Origin: a virus
Taxonomy: Duplodnaviria; Heunggongvirae; Uroviricota; Caudoviricetes
Length of the DNA stretch: 64,000 nt
Strand: one strand, 5' to 3'
IMG/VR virus record: IMGVR_UViG_3300048503_000086
Below are positions 61,178 through 64,000 of the stretch, piece by piece (within the stretch, counting starts at the first letter, position 1; every line of letters begins with the position of its first letter). The position numbers and the translations under genes were made by a program. The notes beneath the pieces were generated by a model. It did not search any database. It was not told the origin of the DNA and saw only the letters and a list, made by a program, of their open reading frames with translations.

Positions 61178-63996
61178 CTAAAGGATTGAGGAGCCGCGCC
61201 GAAGTTCCCGGCGGAGTTCCGTGGCGATCGACCTGCCCGTTTGACGAGCCGAGCCGCCGCCGCTGACGCTCACGTTGATGTCGCCCACGTTGGTCACACT
61301 GCCGCCGTGGGTGTGATAGCTGGGCCTGACCCCAGCGTTCATGGCCGTCAGTTGCGAGGAAAACTTCCGTGCGCTGCCGGCGTTGATGACCATCTCGCCG
61401 GGGCTGAGCATGGCGCGGACGGTATCCGTGCCGCGCGGGAAACCGCCACCGGCGAGGAAGTTCCAGATGGCCCCGCCCCGGGCCTGTGCCGTCTGGGGAT
61501 TCAATTGGCCGGCGACGATCGGCACTTGCACGCCGTCGTAAGCGGCTTTCAGGATCTTCACCTGCTCGGCCCAGGCCGCGGTCCTGGCAGCCGCCTTGGA
61601 TGTCTCCGCCGCCGCCTGACCCGTATTCGCGCCAACATCCTTGGTGGCGTCTGCGAGATCCTGTGAGGCGGACACTCTCCCTGGCAGCGTATCGTTCAAT
61701 TGCCGCAAGTGGCTCTCACCGGCGACTGCGGGCCCTTGGTCTTTGTCCCTGATCTGCTGCTGAGTCTTCCGACGCTGCTCTTCGAGTTCCGTAATTCTCT
61801 GGAGCCGCTCGACGTTCGTACTGATGAGCCCTTCGGTTTCCCCAGCGCCGCTAAGAGGAAAAGCGTTATACCCTTGGGCCTTTGCCTTCCAGGCTTCCAC
61901 CTGGTCCTTCGTGATCGTCTCAGGCATCGTGGACGCATTGCGGATCTCTCCCAATGTCCGATACCGATCCTCCATCATTTCGCGCGTTTCCTTGGGACTG
62001 TCGCCGGTGAAGATGCTCCCGAAGTGAATCTTCGTCATCTCCCACATCCGCTTGTCCCAGCGATTGACGTTGGTCTCGCTGCTCCCTTGGACAAGCTCCC
62101 TGGTCTTGTTGATCTCACGCTGTAGGCTCTGCTCGTTGGCCTTCAGACTCTGGTAATCGGTGCTGGCCTTTTGCTGGTCCTTCAGCTTCTGCTCCGCCGC
62201 CGCGCGGGCCTGCTGCACCGTCTTGTCCTTCATCTCCTCCATGCTCAGGCCCGCAACCTTGGCGTAGATCGGAATGATGCCCAGGCCGTGCGTGATCTGC
62301 TCGTTCAACTTCGCCAGCGTTCCGGGGGCCGCTCTCATGTCCCTGATCTGCACGTCGGTGACGCCGGCCTTCATGTTGTCCGCCATCTTGCTCCGCAAGC
62401 TGGCATAGTCCAGAAGCTTGGAGGCGTCCCACTTTTGGCTGAAGGCCAGCTCCAGGAAGTTCGAGGTGTCCTGGGCGAAGGCCGCAGCATCCTTGGTCCG
62501 ATGTTCCGCGCTCTTCAGGTTGCCCTTCTCGTCGTACTGATTGGCTTCCTTGGCAATCTGCTTGGCCAAGACCCGCATCTGGTTGGCCTGCTGCTCTTCC
62601 TTGGCGGCGGCCTGAGCGGCGGCCTGGGCCTGCTCCGCTTTGACCTTGCGAATGGCCTCCTCGTACTGGAGTCGCGTCCCCAGCAGATTTTCGATCGTTT
62701 GCTCGGCCTCCTCCTGAAGCCGGATGTCCCCGGACGCCTTGGCCGCGGAAGCGGCCAACTGGGCGTATGCCTCCGCCCGCTTGAGGGTTAAGTCCGCCTT
62801 TTCCTGGTTCTCCGGCGAGGCCAGGTCCGAGCTGTTGCCGGCCTCATAGCCGCCGATCAAAGCGGGAGCCCCCGCCACGCTGACCGCCAGGCTCTTGGAC
62901 CGCGCCAGATAGGCCGCCTCCTCCGCACGCGCCGCCTCCTTGGCGTCCTTGTACGCCGCGGCCTTCTTCTTCAAGTCAACATCAAACCGCGTGTCGGCCA
63001 GCTTTGCTTGAAGATCGAGGGTCCTTTTCTGGGACTTCTCGATGTCCTTCTCGTCTTCCTTCGCCAGGTCACGCAGTAGGTGGGAGCCCTTTTCCTTGGC
63101 GGAGATCAATTGCTCCATCGTGGACTTGGTGCTGGCGACCAGGTCTCCGTCAGACTTCTTGGCGGCGTCAAGCTCGTCGTCGTAGACCTTGCTGACCTGC
63201 GCGATGTACTGGAGACCGCGCTGCACGATCTTGCCGTACAGCTCGTCGCTTGCGCGAATCCGCTCCCGATTGGCCGCGTCCTTCTTCTTGATCTCCTCGT
63301 CTTGCTCGGCCTCAAACTGCCTGGCGGCCTCCGCCGTCGCCCTCGTGCATCTTGGTGTCCACGAAATTGAAAGTCGCCCAGCCCGCCAAGACGGTCATCG
63401 CCCCGGAAGCGGCAAAACCAAAAGCCTTCATCTCGAACGTGGCGGCCTTGGCCTGCATCGAGGGCGAGGGCAAAATAGGTCCCAATCGCCGTGATCGCGC
63501 CTACGAAAACCGTCGCCGGTCCGATGACGGCGCTGATGGCGGACTTGAGCGTGCCCACGCCGCCCACGAAATCCACGATCTTGGCGAGGCTCTGCACAAG
63601 ACTCTCGCCGAGGTCCGTGGCGATGTAAGTCTTCAGGTCATTGATTTCTTTGTTGAGCCTGAAGGCGTCGGTGGCCTTGAACTTCGCACTCTCACTCTCC
63701 AGCAGCGCCGCACCGGACTTCCTCATGTTGTCATAGCCGGCTGCCGCCGCGTTGGCATTGGGTCCCGTGTCCGTGAGGATCGCGTTAAGGGCCCGGACAT
63801 TCGGGATCAGCTTCAGAATGCTCTGGAGATCGTTGTCCTGGCTGTTGGCCAGCGCTTGCAGCGCACCGATCAGGCCGCCCGACATGGCGATGAACTGCTC
63901 CCCGGAGTCGGCACCGAAGTTCTTCTTGAGGGCCTCGTGCAAGGGTCCAGAATCCTTGGCCAAGGCCACCATGACAGTACTCTGCGTTGATACCAC
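61178..63996 (-). CDS. Tail tape measure protein with at least two frameshifts near 63330-63450. The gene may continue beyond the window end.
   Basis: N-terminal frame (63106-63996): ...AMSGGLIGALQALA...TLKSAISAVIGPATVFVGAITAIGTYFALALDAGQ. Middle frame: GFAASGAMTVLAGWATFNFVDTKMHEGDGGG. C-terminal 682-aa frame (61178-63226) is coiled-coil and helix-rich. Confidence 0.65.
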
Positions 63997-64000
63997 TGCT

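Noticed and set aside
1-64000. Searched for a CRISPR array, an integrase/recombinase, rRNA, terminase and capsid genes
   Set aside because: None found in this window. There are no regular short repeat-spacer arrays and no tyrosine/serine recombinase motifs. The structural block here contains only tail genes.

Overview
This window is entirely phage-like (prophage or phage genome, about 62% GC, GGAGG-type ribosome-binding sites). No host housekeeping genes, integrase, rRNA or CRISPR array are visible. The layout is: a long minus-strand block (1-42494) of DNA replication, modification and nucleotide-metabolism genes; a short plus-strand block (42704-48615) with an HNH endonuclease, a primase/helicase, a DnaQ-like exonuclease and small cysteine-rich proteins; then a minus-strand tail-morphogenesis block (48545-63996) with SPFH, tail-fibre and tape-measure genes. 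Head and terminase genes lie outside the window.

The most notable signals:
- About 10 DNA methyltransferase genes of four architectural classes, plus four ParB-domain proteins.
- A phage-encoded sigma-70-family sigma factor, together with a roughly 31-bp motif (AAGAGTTGC-N13-CTGGTT) present nine times with fixed internal spacing, always oriented with local transcription and mostly just upstream of genes. One copy lies in-frame inside deoC. It is a candidate phage promoter.
- A deoxynucleoside/deoxyribose module (deoC, a deoxyribosyltransferase-like gene, a 5'-deoxynucleotidase).
- A divergent control region with a 19-bp perfect inverted repeat and 20-bp direct repeats next to the primase gene.
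- At least eight confirmed frameshift or indel disruptions (genome decay or sequencing error) plus two less certain candidates, including a large methyltransferase-SNF2-helicase remnant resembling the P1 anti-restriction protein DarB.

Features I located by hand rather than from the ORF track may be off by 1-3 nt. The ORF track starts at the first ATG/GTG/TTG and is often over-extended at the N-terminus; likely internal starts are noted in the evidence.
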